Shown in pieces: positions 45,875 to 56,588 of a DNA stretch of 64,000 nt. The position numbers were made by a program, and so were the translations under genes. How positions within the stretch are numbered: position 1 is the stretch's first letter; the number at the start of each line of letters is the position of its first letter. Origin of the DNA: Escherichia coli (GTDB lineage Bacteria > Pseudomonadota > Gammaproteobacteria > Enterobacterales > Enterobacteriaceae); the NCBI RefSeq assembly GCF_046105845.1, contig NZ_CP151004.1. One strand, given 5' to 3'. The notes under the pieces are model-generated. The model did no database searches and was not told the DNA's origin. It saw only the letters and a list, made by a program, of their open reading frames with translations.

Positions 45875-48526
45875 ATGACAGCCTTTCGTGCCGCATTTAA
45901 GGCATATCGTATGCATCAGGTGTTACTACTGCCTCGCTTTGCACGGCTTACCATTGCCCTTGGCTTAGCAACTGCGGTATTTCCCGTTGACGCAGAGTAT
46001 TATTTTAATCCACGGTTTTTAAGCAATGATCTTGCTGAATCTGTCGATTTATCCGCCTTTACTAAGGGACGCGAGGCACCACCTGGTACATATCGGGTCG
46101 ACATTTATTTGAACGACGAATTTATGACTAGTCGGGATATTACTTTTATTGCAGATGATAATAACGCAGATCTCATCCCATGCCTGAGTACAGATCTTCT
46201 TGTCAGTCTTGGCATAAAAAAATCAGCGTTATTAGACAATAAAGAACATTCGGCAGAAAAACATGTGCCGGACAACAGCACATGCACACCACTTCAGGAT
46301 CGTTTGGCTGACGCATCATCTGAGTTTGATGTTGGTCAGCAACATCTGTCACTCTCCGTTCCGCAAATTTATGTTGGCAGAATGGCTCGCGGCTATGTTT
46401 CTCCGGATCTGTGGGAAGAAGGAATAAATGCTGGGCTACTAAACTATAGTTTTAATGGTAATTCTATTAATAATCATAGTAACCATAATGCAGGAAAATC
46501 CAACTATGCATATTTGAATTTACAGAGTGGCATCAACATTGGTAGTTGGCGACTGCGTGATAACTCAACGTGGAGTTATAACAGTGGGAGTAGCAATTCA
46601 TCTGACAGCAATAAATGGCAGCATATCAATACGTCGGCTGAACGTGACATTATTCCCTTACGCTCACGGTTAACGGTGGGTGATAGTTATACCGATGGCG
46701 ATATTTTTGATAGTGTGAACTTTCGTGGCCTCAAAATAAATTCAACAGAAGCGATGTTGCCCGATAGCCAACATGGTTTCGCTCCGGTGATTCATGGTAT
46801 TGCCCGTGGCACAGCACAAGTGAGTGTAAAACAGAATGGATACGATGTTTATCAGACTACTGTTCCACCCGGCCCTTTTACTATTGATGATATCAACTCT
46901 GCGGCCAATGGTGGTGATCTGCAAGTAACCATAAAAGAGGCAGACGGCAGTATTCAGACATTATATGTTCCTTATTCGTCTGTTCCGGTTCTCCAACGTG
47001 CTGGATATACGCGTTATGCGCTTGCCATGGGGGAATATCGTAGTGGAAATAACCTGCAAAGCTCCCCCAAGTTCATACAAGGTAGCTTGATGCATGGACT
47101 GGAAGGAAACTGGACACCTTATGGCGGAATGCAAATTGCAGAAGATTATCAGGCCTTCAACCTTGGTATTGGTAAAGATTTAGGACTTTTTGGTGCCTTT
47201 TCTTTCGATATCACGCAGGCCAATACGACACTTGCAGATGGCACCCGTCACAGCGGGCAATCGATTAAATCCGTCTACAGCAAATCCTTCTACCAGACGG
47301 GAACCAATATCCAGGTCGCAGGATATCGCTATTCTACGCAAGGTTTTTATAACTTATCCGACAGTGCCTACAGTCGAATGAGTGGTTACACCGTCAAGCC
47401 TCCTACCGGAGACAGCAATGAGCAGACACAATTTATTGATTATTTTAATCTGTTCTACAGTAAGCGTGGTCAGGAACAAATAAGCATCTCTCAGCAGCTT
47501 GGAAATTACGGTACGACATTTTTCAGTGCCAGTCGCCAAAGTTACTGGAACACGTCACGCAGCGACCAGCAAATATCATTTGGATTAAATGTGCCGTTTG
47601 GCGATATTACAACTTCGCTGAATTACAGCTATTCCAATAATATATGGCAAAACGATCGGGATCATTTACTTGCTTTTACGCTTAATGTTCCCTTCAGTCA
47701 TTGGATGCGTACAGACAGTCAGTCGGCATTTCGTAATTCAAACGCCAGTTACAGTATGTCAAACGATTTGAAAGGCGGCATGACCAATCTATCAGGGGTT
47801 TATGGCACTCTGCTGCCGGATAATAACCTGAATTATAGCGTTCAGGTAGGTAACACCCACGGAGGTAATACATCGTCTGCCACCAGTGGTTACAGTTCTC
47901 TTAATTATCGTGGAGCTTACGGTAATACTAATGTCGGTTACAGTCGGAGTGGGGACAGCAGCCAGATTTATTACGGAATGAGTGGTGGGATTATTGCTCA
48001 TGCTGATGGCATCACCTTTGGTCAGCCGCTGGGCGACACAATGGTTCTGGTTAAGGCTCCTGGCGCTGATAATGTCAAAATAGAGAACCAGACCGGAATT
48101 CATACCGACTGGCGTGGCTATGCCATATTACCATTTGCGACAGAATATAGAGAAAATCGTGTCGCTCTTAACGCGAATTCCCTTGCAGATAATGTTGAAC
48201 TGGATGAAACCGTGGTCACTGTCATCCCAACTCACGGTGCTATTGCCAGAGCAACATTTAATGCACAAATCGGCGGGAAAGTATTAATGACGTTGAAGTA
48301 CGGTAATAAGAGCGTTCCATTCGGTGCAATTGTCACTCACGGAGAGAATAAAAATGGCAGCATTGTCGCGGAAAACGGTCAGGTTTATCTGACTGGACTT
48401 CCACGGTCAGGGAAATTACAGGTTTCATGGGGCAATGATAAAAACTCAAACTGTATAGTCGATTACAAGCTTCCTGAAGTCACTCCTGGAACCTTACTGA
48501 ACCAGCAGACAGCAATCTGTCGCTAA
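45875..48526 (+). CDS. ydeT: Outer-membrane fimbrial usher (FimD/PapC family), full length
   Basis: 883-aa ORF; likely start at MHQVLLLPRFARLTIALGLATAVF (45911). Full length here, whereas K-12 ydeT is a truncated pseudogene (from memory). Confidence 0.85.
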   Translation: MTAFRAAFKAYRMHQVLLLPRFARLTIALGLATAVFPVDAEYYFNPRFLSNDLAESVDLSAFTKGREAPPGTYRVDIYLNDEFMTSRDITFIADDNNADLIPCLSTDLLVSLGIKKSALLDNKEHSAEKHVPDNSTCTPLQDRLADASSEFDVGQQHLSLSVPQIYVGRMARGYVSPDLWEEGINAGLLNYSFNGNSINNHSNHNAGKSNYAYLNLQSGINIGSWRLRDNSTWSYNSGSSNSSDSNKWQHINTSAERDIIPLRSRLTVGDSYTDGDIFDSVNFRGLKINSTEAMLPDSQHGFAPVIHGIARGTAQVSVKQNGYDVYQTTVPPGPFTIDDINSAANGGDLQVTIKEADGSIQTLYVPYSSVPVLQRAGYTRYALAMGEYRSGNNLQSSPKFIQGSLMHGLEGNWTPYGGMQIAEDYQAFNLGIGKDLGLFGAFSFDITQANTTLADGTRHSGQSIKSVYSKSFYQTGTNIQVAGYRYSTQGFYNLSDSAYSRMSGYTVKPPTGDSNEQTQFIDYFNLFYSKRGQEQISISQQLGNYGTTFFSASRQSYWNTSRSDQQISFGLNVPFGDITTSLNYSYSNNIWQNDRDHLLAFTLNVPFSHWMRTDSQSAFRNSNASYSMSNDLKGGMTNLSGVYGTLLPDNNLNYSVQVGNTHGGNTSSATSGYSSLNYRGAYGNTNVGYSRSGDSSQIYYGMSGGIIAHADGITFGQPLGDTMVLVKAPGADNVKIENQTGIHTDWRGYAILPFATEYRENRVALNANSLADNVELDETVVTVIPTHGAIARATFNAQIGGKVLMTLKYGNKSVPFGAIVTHGENKNGSIVAENGQVYLTGLPRSGKLQVSWGNDKNSNCIVDYKLPEVTPGTLLNQQTAICR

Positions 48527-48539
48527 GGAACAATAGATT

Positions 48540-49070
48540 ATGAAATACAATAACGTTATTTTCCTCGGTTTATGTCTGGGGTTAACCACCTATTCTGCTT
48601 TATCCGCAGATAGCGTTATTAAAATTAGCGGGCGCGTCCTCGATTATGGCTGCACAGTCTCATCGGATTCGCTTAATTTTACCGTAGATCTCCAAAAAAA
48701 CAGTGCCAGACAATTTCCAACGACCGGTAGCACAAGTCCAGCCGTCCCTTTTCAGATTACGTTAAGTGAATGCAGCAAAGGGACAACGGGGGTTCGAGTT
48801 GCATTTAACGGGATTGAGGATGCAGAAAATAATACTCTGTTGAAACTGGATGAAGGAAGCAATACAGCCTCCGGTTTGGGTATAGAAATACTGGACGGAA
48901 ATATGCGTCCGGTGAAATTGAATGACCTTCATGCCGGGATGCAGTGGATCCCACTGGTACCAGAACAGAACAATATTTTGCCTTACTCCGCTCGTCTGAA
49001 GTCAACTCAGAAGTCCGTCAATCCGGGACTGGTGAGGGCTTCGGCAACCTTTACCCTTGAATTTCAATAA
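48540..49070 (+). CDS. ydeS: Fimbrial minor subunit
   Basis: 176 aa with signal peptide; length matches YdeS. Confidence 0.85.
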   Translation: MKYNNVIFLGLCLGLTTYSALSADSVIKISGRVLDYGCTVSSDSLNFTVDLQKNSARQFPTTGSTSPAVPFQITLSECSKGTTGVRVAFNGIEDAENNTLLKLDEGSNTASGLGIEILDGNMRPVKLNDLHAGMQWIPLVPEQNNILPYSARLKSTQKSVNPGLVRASATFTLEFQ

Positions 49071-49082
49071 TCAGAGTCAGAT

Positions 49083-49586
49083 ATGAAAAGACTTCACAAG
49101 AGGTTCCTGTTAGCTACGTTTTGCGCGTTATTCACAGCAACTCTCCAGGCCGCCGATGTCACTATCACTGTTAATGGTCGGGTAGTCGCTAAACCCTGCA
49201 CTATTCAAACCAAAGAAGCTAACGTTAATCTCGGGGATCTTTATACACGCAATCTGCAACAACCTGGCTCTGCATCTGGCTGGCACAATATTACTTTGTC
49301 ATTAACCGATTGTCCGGTTGAAACAAGTGCAGTGACGGCAATCGTGACAGGTTCAACTGACAATACGGGTTATTACAAAAATGAAGGTAGTGCCGAAAAT
49401 ATTCAGATAGAGCTGAGGGACGACCAGGATGCTGCGTTAAAAAATGGCGATAGCAAAACGGTTATTGTTGATGAGATCACTCGTAATGCACAGTTTCCAC
49501 TTAAGGCAAGAGCTATCACGGTGAATGGAAACGCAAGCCAGGGAACGATCGAGGCTCTAATCAATGTGATCTACACCTGGCAATAA
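49083..49586 (+). CDS. ydeR: Fimbrial minor subunit
   Basis: 167 aa with signal peptide; length matches YdeR. Confidence 0.85.
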   Translation: MKRLHKRFLLATFCALFTATLQAADVTITVNGRVVAKPCTIQTKEANVNLGDLYTRNLQQPGSASGWHNITLSLTDCPVETSAVTAIVTGSTDNTGYYKNEGSAENIQIELRDDQDAALKNGDSKTVIVDEITRNAQFPLKARAITVNGNASQGTIEALINVIYTWQ

Positions 49587-49645
49587 CGTCGATTCGATTT
49601 TCTTAGCCTCCTTTTTAAATCAATTTTTTAACCTTAGGATATATC

Positions 49646-50560
49646 ATGGGTAAAACAATAAGTATGAAGCTTCTGTTCGGTATTTATCTTCTATTAATGG
49701 CAGGCAAAGTTTTTGCCTTCAGTTGTAATGTCGATGGCGGGTCAAGTATTGGAGCAGGTACAACCTCTGTTTATGTTAATCTCGACCCTGTAATACAACC
49801 GGGCCAGAATCTGGTTGTAGACTTGTCTCAGCACATAAGTTGCTGGAATGATTACGGCGGCTGGTACGACACTGATCATATAAACCTGGTACAAGGCTCA
49901 GCTTTCGCAGGCTCTCTACAGTCATATAAAGGATCGCTGTACTGGAATAATGTGACCTACCCCTTCCCGTTGACGACAAATACTAATGTATTAGATATTG
50001 GTGATAAGACACCGATGCCATTACCGTTAAAACTCTATATTACCCCAGTCGGTGCGGCCGGTGGAGTTGTCATAAAAGCCGGGGAAGTTATTGCCCGTAT
50101 TCATATGTATAAAATTGCCACGTTAGGAAGCGGAAATCCGCGTAATTTTACGTGGAATATTATTTCAAATAACAGTGTTGTTATGCCAACAGGCGGCTGC
50201 ACCGTTGATAGTCGTAATGTCAACGTGAATCTCCCGGACTTTCCTGGAAGCGCAGAAATACCCCTTGGCGTATATTGCTCAAGTGAACAAAAGCTCTCAT
50301 TTTATCTTTCGGGTGCTACCACTGACAGTGCCAGACAAGTGTTTGCTAACACAGCACCAGATGCAACAAAAGCATCGGGAGTGGGTGTCTCTCTGATGCG
50401 TAATGGAAAAATACTGGCTACGGGAGAAAACGTCTCCCTGGGGACAGTAAATAAAAGCAAAGTACCTCTGGGTTTAAGCGCAACCTATGGACAAACAGGA
50501 AACAAGGTTGCAGCCGGAACCGTCCAGTCAGTCATTGGTGTCACTTTTATCTATGAATAA
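49646..50560 (+). CDS. ydeQ: Fimbrial tip adhesin (FimH-like two-domain)
   Basis: 304 aa with signal peptide; length matches YdeQ. Confidence 0.85.
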   Translation: MGKTISMKLLFGIYLLLMAGKVFAFSCNVDGGSSIGAGTTSVYVNLDPVIQPGQNLVVDLSQHISCWNDYGGWYDTDHINLVQGSAFAGSLQSYKGSLYWNNVTYPFPLTTNTNVLDIGDKTPMPLPLKLYITPVGAAGGVVIKAGEVIARIHMYKIATLGSGNPRNFTWNIISNNSVVMPTGGCTVDSRNVNVNLPDFPGSAEIPLGVYCSSEQKLSFYLSGATTDSARQVFANTAPDATKASGVGVSLMRNGKILATGENVSLGTVNKSKVPLGLSATYGQTGNKVAAGTVQSVIGVTFIYE

Positions 50561-50632
50561 TTGTGATTTTGACATTGGTCTATGCGCTCCATTCACGAAA
50601 ATTGCGCGGATATTTATTTTGTGAAGGCTATT

Positions 50633-50650
50633 ATCCTACATCTGTAAGAA
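50633..50650 (+). promoter_or_regulatory. EvgA box (ATCCTACA-tc-TGTAAGAA) upstream of ydeP
   Basis: Matches the EvgA 18-bp inverted-repeat consensus TTCYTACA-N2-TGTARGAA with one mismatch; ydeP is a known EvgA-activated acid-resistance gene. Confidence 0.6.
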
Positions 50651-50892
50651 AATCCGCGCACAATTGAAGCCAGAGTCTTATTTTTTATATTGAAAAATAT
50701 GTTAATTTAAACACTATGAGAGATGATGCTTAATTTATCGTATTTAATCTTTTGTTTAACGATAATAGATTAAAATAGAAAGAGAGTAGTCCCCTACTCT
50801 TATATATCCATGTTGACGATAATCCCTTTGTATATACTGTGCATCATCGCTATTACAAATCCTAATAATTCATTTCCACACAGGATAAGCAG

Positions 50893-53172
50893 ATGAAGAA
50901 AAAAATTGAATCCTACCAGGGAGCTGCCGGTGGTTGGGGTGCTGTTAAATCCGTAGCGAATGCAGTACGTAAGCAGATGGATATACGCCAGGATGTTATT
51001 GCCATGTTTGACATGAATAAGCCAGAGGGCTTTGACTGTCCGGGTTGTGCATGGCCAGATCCTAAGCACAGTGCGTCATTCGACATTTGTGAAAACGGCG
51101 CAAAAGCAATCGCCTGGGAAGTCACGGATAAGCAGGTAAACGCCTCTTTCTTTGCTGAGAATACGGTTCAATCATTACTTACCTGGGGAGACCACGAGCT
51201 CGAGGCTGCGGGGCGTCTCACCCAGCCTTTGAAATATGATGCCGTCAGCGACTGTTACAAGCCATTAAGCTGGCAACAAGCTTTCGACGAAATTGGCGAA
51301 CGCCTTCAAAGCTATAGTGATCCCAATCAGGTTGAATTCTATACTTCGGGCCGCACTTCCAATGAAGCTGCCTTTCTTTATCAGCTTTTTGCCCGTGAAT
51401 ACGGGAGCAATAACTTCCCCGACTGCTCCAACATGTGCCATGAACCGACCAGTGTGGGTTTGGCAGCGAGTATCGGTGTAGGTAAAGGGACCGTGTTGCT
51501 GGAAGACTTTGAGAAATGCGATTTAGTCATTTGCATTGGGCATAACCCTGGTACAAACCACCCTCGCATGTTGACTTCGTTGCGCGCTTTAGTGAAACGG
51601 GGAGCGAAAATGATCGCCATCAATCCTCTACAGGAACGTGGCCTGGAGCGATTTACCGCACCGCAAAACCCGTTTGAAATGCTGACGAACTCTGAGACTC
51701 AGTTGGCCAGTGCCTACTATAACGTGCGCATTGGTGGTGATATGGCGTTGCTCAAGGGGATGATGCGCCTGTTAATTGAGCGCGATGATGCTGCAAGCGC
51801 CGCAGGTCGGCCCTCATTGCTGGATGACGAATTTATTCAAACGCATACCGTCGGCTTTGACGAGCTACGCCGTGACGTGCTCAATTCCGAGTGGAAAGAT
51901 ATCGAACGTATTTCTGGATTAAGTCAGACTCAAATCGCCGAACTGGCTGATGCATATGCCGCTGCCGAACGCACCATTATCTGTTACGGAATGGGGATCA
52001 CTCAGCACGAACATGGTACCCAGAATGTACAGCAACTGGTCAATCTGCTGTTGATGAAAGGTAACATTGGCAAGCCTGGTGCGGGTATCTGCCCACTACG
52101 AGGTCACTCTAATGTACAGGGCGACCGAACCGTCGGTATCACCGAGAAACCGTCTGCAGAGTTTCTGGCTCGCCTGGGTGAGCGCTATGGTTTCACCCCA
52201 CCTCATGCACCTGGACATGCTGCAATTGCCAGCATGCAAGCAATATGTACGGGGCAGGCTCGAGCATTGATCTGCATGGGGGGCAACTTTGCACTGGCAA
52301 TGCCAGATCGGGAAGCGAGCGCTGTACCGTTAACGCAATTAGATTTGGCGGTACACGTAGCCACTAAGCTTAACCGCTCTCATCTGCTGACCGCACGGCA
52401 TAGCTATATTCTGCCGGTTCTTGGGCGTAGCGAGATTGACATGCAAAAAAGCGGTGCGCAGGCGGTAACCGTTGAGGATTCAATGTCGATGATTCATGCC
52501 TCGCGTGGCGTGTTAAAACCCGCCGGTGTAATGCTGAAATCAGAGTGTGCAGTGGTCGCGGGAATCGCGCAGGCAGCACTACCCCAGAGCGTGGTAGCCT
52601 GGGAGTATCTGGTGGAAGATTATGATCGCATTCGCAATGACATTGAAGCTGTGCTGCCAGAGTTCGCCGACTATAACCAGCGCATCCGTCATCCCGGTGG
52701 TTTTCACCTGATAAATGCAGCTGCTGAAAGGCGCTGGATGACGCCGTCAGGTAAGGCTAATTTCATTACCAGTAAAGGGCTGTTAGAAGATCCCTCTTCA
52801 GCGTTTAACAGTAAGCTAGTCATGGCGACAGTACGCAGTCACGATCAGTACAACACGACGATTTATGGTATGGATGATCGCTATCGAGGGGTATTCGGTC
52901 AACGAGATGTGGTCTTTATGAGTGCTAAACAAGCTAAAATTTGCCGTGTAAAAAACGGCGAAAGAGTTAATCTTATTGCGCTTACGCCAGACGGTAAGCG
53001 AAGCTCACGCCGCATGGATAGATTAAAAGTGGTCATTTACCCTATGGCTGACCGCTCACTGGTGACCTATTTTCCAGAATCGAATCACATGCTAACACTT
53101 GATAACCACGATCCATTGAGTGGCATTCCTGGCTATAAAAGTATTCCGGTTGAATTAGAACCATCAAATTAA
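50893..53172 (+). CDS. ydeP: Molybdopterin-dependent oxidoreductase (formate dehydrogenase-like), acid-resistance protein
   Basis: 759 aa; matches YdeP. Confidence 0.93.
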   Translation: MKKKIESYQGAAGGWGAVKSVANAVRKQMDIRQDVIAMFDMNKPEGFDCPGCAWPDPKHSASFDICENGAKAIAWEVTDKQVNASFFAENTVQSLLTWGDHELEAAGRLTQPLKYDAVSDCYKPLSWQQAFDEIGERLQSYSDPNQVEFYTSGRTSNEAAFLYQLFAREYGSNNFPDCSNMCHEPTSVGLAASIGVGKGTVLLEDFEKCDLVICIGHNPGTNHPRMLTSLRALVKRGAKMIAINPLQERGLERFTAPQNPFEMLTNSETQLASAYYNVRIGGDMALLKGMMRLLIERDDAASAAGRPSLLDDEFIQTHTVGFDELRRDVLNSEWKDIERISGLSQTQIAELADAYAAAERTIICYGMGITQHEHGTQNVQQLVNLLLMKGNIGKPGAGICPLRGHSNVQGDRTVGITEKPSAEFLARLGERYGFTPPHAPGHAAIASMQAICTGQARALICMGGNFALAMPDREASAVPLTQLDLAVHVATKLNRSHLLTARHSYILPVLGRSEIDMQKSGAQAVTVEDSMSMIHASRGVLKPAGVMLKSECAVVAGIAQAALPQSVVAWEYLVEDYDRIRNDIEAVLPEFADYNQRIRHPGGFHLINAAAERRWMTPSGKANFITSKGLLEDPSSAFNSKLVMATVRSHDQYNTTIYGMDDRYRGVFGQRDVVFMSAKQAKICRVKNGERVNLIALTPDGKRSSRRMDRLKVVIYPMADRSLVTYFPESNHMLTLDNHDPLSGIPGYKSIPVELEPSN

Positions 53173-53185
53173 TTCGCCTCCTCAT

Positions 53186-53216
53186 TTCTTCTGCTGTCAT
53201 CCGCACAGCAGAAGAA
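53186..53216 (+). terminator. 12-bp perfect stem hairpin (ttcttctgctgt / acagcagaagaa) immediately after the ydeP stop
   Basis: Inverted repeat read from sequence; lacks a U-tract. Confidence 0.45.
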
Positions 53217-53290
53217 TTCCTCATTGACCATTGTCGCGCAATTTACTCACATGTGCTAAATTAAACTGCTCGTTATAAGATATATACCTC

Positions 53291-53308
53291 CGCCTACAGC
53301 TGTAAGAA
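53291..53308 (+). promoter_or_regulatory. EvgA box (CGCCTACA-gc-TGTAAGAA) upstream of safA-ydeO
   Basis: Second copy of the CCTACA-N2-TGTAAGAA motif; safA-ydeO is a known direct EvgA target. Confidence 0.55.
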
Positions 53309-53419
53309 ACTCCGCTCAGTACTGAAGCGCCAGTCCTATTTCCTCTATTCTCCAGCCTGTTATATTAAGCATACTGATTAACGATGCTTAACGTCATTCG
53401 TTTAATAAACATATTTGAA

Positions 53420-53617
53420 ATGCATGCGACCATAGTGAAAAATAAAATCACGCAAAGAGACAACTATAAAGGGATCATGTCTGTAATTGTGGTTGTATTA
53501 TTACTGACCCTTACATTGATAGCCATTTTTTCGGCAATTGATCAGCTGGGTATTTCAGAAATGGGTCGCATTGCAAGGGATCTTACACATTTCATTATCA
53601 ATAGTTTGCAAGACTGA
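53420..53617 (+). CDS. safA: Small membrane connector protein SafA (links EvgS/EvgA to PhoQ/PhoP)
   Basis: ORF 53384..53617; conserved start MHATIVKNKITQRDNYKGIMSVIVVVLLLTLT at 53420 (65 aa). Confidence 0.85.
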   Translation: MHATIVKNKITQRDNYKGIMSVIVVVLLLTLTLIAIFSAIDQLGISEMGRIARDLTHFIINSLQD

Positions 53618-53691
53618 AAATAAACAGCAAATTATAAATATGAAATGTTAAAAAAGTATCGATAAAAACTTTATTGTTTTAAGGAGATAAA

Positions 53692-54453
53692 ATGTCGCTC
53701 GTTTGTTCTGTTATATTTATTCATCATGCCTTCAACGCTAACATTTTAGATAAAGATTACGCCTTCTCTGACGGCGAGATCCTGATGGTAGATAACGCTG
53801 TTCGTACGCATTTTGAACCTTATGAGCGGCATTTCAAAGAAATCGGATTTAATGAAAATACCATTAAAAAATATCTACAATGCACTAACATCCAGACAGT
53901 GACGGTGCCTGTTCCTGCGAAGTTTTTACGTGCTTCAAATGTACCGACTGGATTGCTTAATGAAATGATTGCTTATCTCAACTCGGAAGAACGCAATCAT
54001 CATAATTTTTCAGAACTTTTGCTTTTTTCTTGCCTGTCTATTTTTGCCGCATGCAAAGGTTTCATTACACTATTAACTAACGGTGTGCTATCCGTTTCCG
54101 GGAAAGTGAGAAATATTGTCAACATGAAGCTGGCGCACCCATGGAAGCTGAAAGATATTTGTGACTGCCTGTACATCAGTGAAAGCCTGCTCAAGAAAAA
54201 ACTAAAGCAAGAGCAAACGACATTCTCACAGATTCTTTTAGATGCCAGAATGCAGCACGCAAAAAATTTGATACGCGTAGAAGGTTCTGTTAATAAAATT
54301 GCCGAACAATGTGGTTATGCCAGTACATCTTATTTTATTTATGCGTTCCGCAAACATTTCGGCAACAGTCCGAAGAGAGTTTCTAAGGAGTACCGTTGTC
54401 AAAGGCACACGGGAATAAATACGGGCAACACGATGAATGCTTTAGCTATTTGA
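53692..54453 (+). CDS. ydeO: AraC-family acid-resistance regulator
   Basis: 253 aa with C-terminal AraC HTH; matches YdeO. Confidence 0.92.
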   Translation: MSLVCSVIFIHHAFNANILDKDYAFSDGEILMVDNAVRTHFEPYERHFKEIGFNENTIKKYLQCTNIQTVTVPVPAKFLRASNVPTGLLNEMIAYLNSEERNHHNFSELLLFSCLSIFAACKGFITLLTNGVLSVSGKVRNIVNMKLAHPWKLKDICDCLYISESLLKKKLKQEQTTFSQILLDARMQHAKNLIRVEGSVNKIAEQCGYASTSYFIYAFRKHFGNSPKRVSKEYRCQRHTGINTGNTMNALAI

Positions 54454-54501
54454 TTATTTGCTAACGAGTAGTCAACCACACACGCTACGTAAGAATTAAA
54501 T

Positions 54502-54533
54502 GGGGCAGCCATTTCCTGCCCCGCGTTGTTTTT
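54502..54533 (+). terminator. Rho-independent terminator after ydeO (ggggcag-ccatttc-ctgcccc followed by gcgttgttttt)
   Basis: GC stem plus T-run. Confidence 0.7.
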
Positions 54534-54854
54534 AGGCGATATATTTATTGAAATAAATAAGTGACATTCATCACATATTTATGCATTTGCATAACCCGTT
54601 GCATGATTATTTATGATCTCAATTCGGCATTTTGTCAGTAAAATACAATAATTTATTAAATATCAATAGATTAGTTGTTTATCATCGAGAAATTACTTAG
54701 TAGAACAGAAAGTAATGTCAACGCTTTATGGACTGTTATTTCCCTTTTTTTAGCTAAATCTGCTATCTCTTTATGTGACTAACTTCACTTACATTCACTT
54801 ATTTCTCTTCGTAAAATTACTTTGGAATTAAGTACAATAAGAAGAGGAACATTT

Positions 54855-56537
54855 ATGAAGTCTGCATTAAAGAAAAGTGTCGTAAGTACCTCGATATCTT
54901 TGATACTGGCATCTGGTATGGCTGCATTTGCTGCTCATGCGGCAGATGATGTAAAGCTAAAAGCAACCAAAACAAACGTTGCTTTCTCAGACTTTACGCC
55001 GACTGAATACAGTACCAAGGGAAAGCCAAATATTATCGTACTGACTATGGATGATCTTGGTTATGGACAACTTCCTTTTGATAAGGGATCTTTTGACCCA
55101 AAAACAATGGAAAATCGTGAAGTTGTCGATACCTACAAAATAGGGATAGATAAAGCCATTGAAGCTGCGCAAAAATCAACGCCGACGCTCCTTTCATTAA
55201 TGGATGAAGGCGTACGTTTTACTAACGGCTATGTGGCGCACGGTGTTTCCGGCCCCTCCCGCGCCGCAATAATGACCGGTCGAGCGCCCGCCCGCTTTGG
55301 TGTCTATTCCAATACCGATGCTCAGGATGGTATTCCGCTAACAGAAACTTTCTTGCCTGAATTATTCCAGAATCATGGTTATTACACTGCAGCAGTAGGT
55401 AAATGGCACTTGTCAAAAATCAGTAATGTGCCAGTACCAGAAGATAAACAAACGCGTGACTATCATGACAACTTCACCACATTTTCTGCGGAAGAATGGC
55501 AACCTCAAAACCGTGGCTTTGATTACTTTATGGGATTCCACGCTGCAGGAACGGCATATTACAACTCCCCTTCACTGTTCAAAAACCGTGAACGCGTCCC
55601 CGCAAAAGGTTATATCAGCGATCAGTTAACCGATGAGGCAATTGGCGTTGTTGATCGTGCCAAAACACTTGACCAGCCTTTTATGCTTTACCTGGCTTAT
55701 AATGCTCCGCACCTGCCAAATGATAATCCTGCACCGGAGCAATATCAGAAGCAATTTAATACTGGTAGTCAAACAGCAGATAACTACTACGCTTCCGTTT
55801 ATTCTGTTGATCAGGGTGTAAAACGCATTCTCGAACAACTGAAGAAAAACGGACAGTATGACAATACTATTATTCTCTTTACCTCCGATAATGGTGCGGT
55901 TATCGATGGTCCTCTGCCGCTGAACGGGGCGCAAAAAGGCTATAAGAGTCAGACCTATCCTGGCGGTACTCACACCCCAATGTTTATGTGGTGGAAAGGA
56001 AAACTTCAACCCGGTAATTATGACAAGCTGATTTCCGCAATGGATTTCTACCCGACAGCTCTTGATGCAGCCGATATCAGCATTCCAAAAGACCTTAAGC
56101 TGGATGGCGTTTCCTTGCTGCCGTGGTTGCAAGATAAGAAACAAGGCGAGCCACATAAAAATCTGACCTGGATAACCTCTTATTCTCACTGGTTTGACGA
56201 GGAAAATATTCCATTCTGGGATAATTACCACAAATTTGTCCGCCATCAGTCAGACGATTACCCGCATAACCCCAATACCGAGGACTTAAGCCAATTCTCT
56301 TATACGGTGAGAAATAACGATTATTCGCTTGTCTATACAGTAGAAAACAATCAGTTAGGTCTATACAAACTGACGGATCTACAGCAAAAAGATAACATTG
56401 CCGCCGCCAATCCGCAGGTCGTTAAAGAGATGCAAGGCGTGGTAAGAGAGTTTATCGACAGCAGCCAGCCACCGCTTAGCGAGGTAAATCAGGAGAAGTT
56501 TAACAATATCAAGAAAGCACTAAGCGAAGCGAAATAA
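54855..56537 (+). CDS. ydeN: Periplasmic sulfatase
   Basis: ORF 54822..56537; start at MKSALKKSVVSTSISLILASG (54855) after AAGAGG; 560 aa. Confidence 0.9.
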   Translation: MKSALKKSVVSTSISLILASGMAAFAAHAADDVKLKATKTNVAFSDFTPTEYSTKGKPNIIVLTMDDLGYGQLPFDKGSFDPKTMENREVVDTYKIGIDKAIEAAQKSTPTLLSLMDEGVRFTNGYVAHGVSGPSRAAIMTGRAPARFGVYSNTDAQDGIPLTETFLPELFQNHGYYTAAVGKWHLSKISNVPVPEDKQTRDYHDNFTTFSAEEWQPQNRGFDYFMGFHAAGTAYYNSPSLFKNRERVPAKGYISDQLTDEAIGVVDRAKTLDQPFMLYLAYNAPHLPNDNPAPEQYQKQFNTGSQTADNYYASVYSVDQGVKRILEQLKKNGQYDNTIILFTSDNGAVIDGPLPLNGAQKGYKSQTYPGGTHTPMFMWWKGKLQPGNYDKLISAMDFYPTALDAADISIPKDLKLDGVSLLPWLQDKKQGEPHKNLTWITSYSHWFDEENIPFWDNYHKFVRHQSDDYPHNPNTEDLSQFSYTVRNNDYSLVYTVENNQLGLYKLTDLQQKDNIAAANPQVVKEMQGVVREFIDSSQPPLSEVNQEKFNNIKKALSEAK

Positions 56538-56588
56538 CTAAACCTTCATGCGGCGGATTTTTCCGCCGCCTTATTGAGCGAGATAGCG

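Noticed and set aside
55626-56246. 206-aa minus-strand ORF inside ydeN
   Set aside because: Antisense to the sulfatase gene; no Shine-Dalgarno or recognisable domain.
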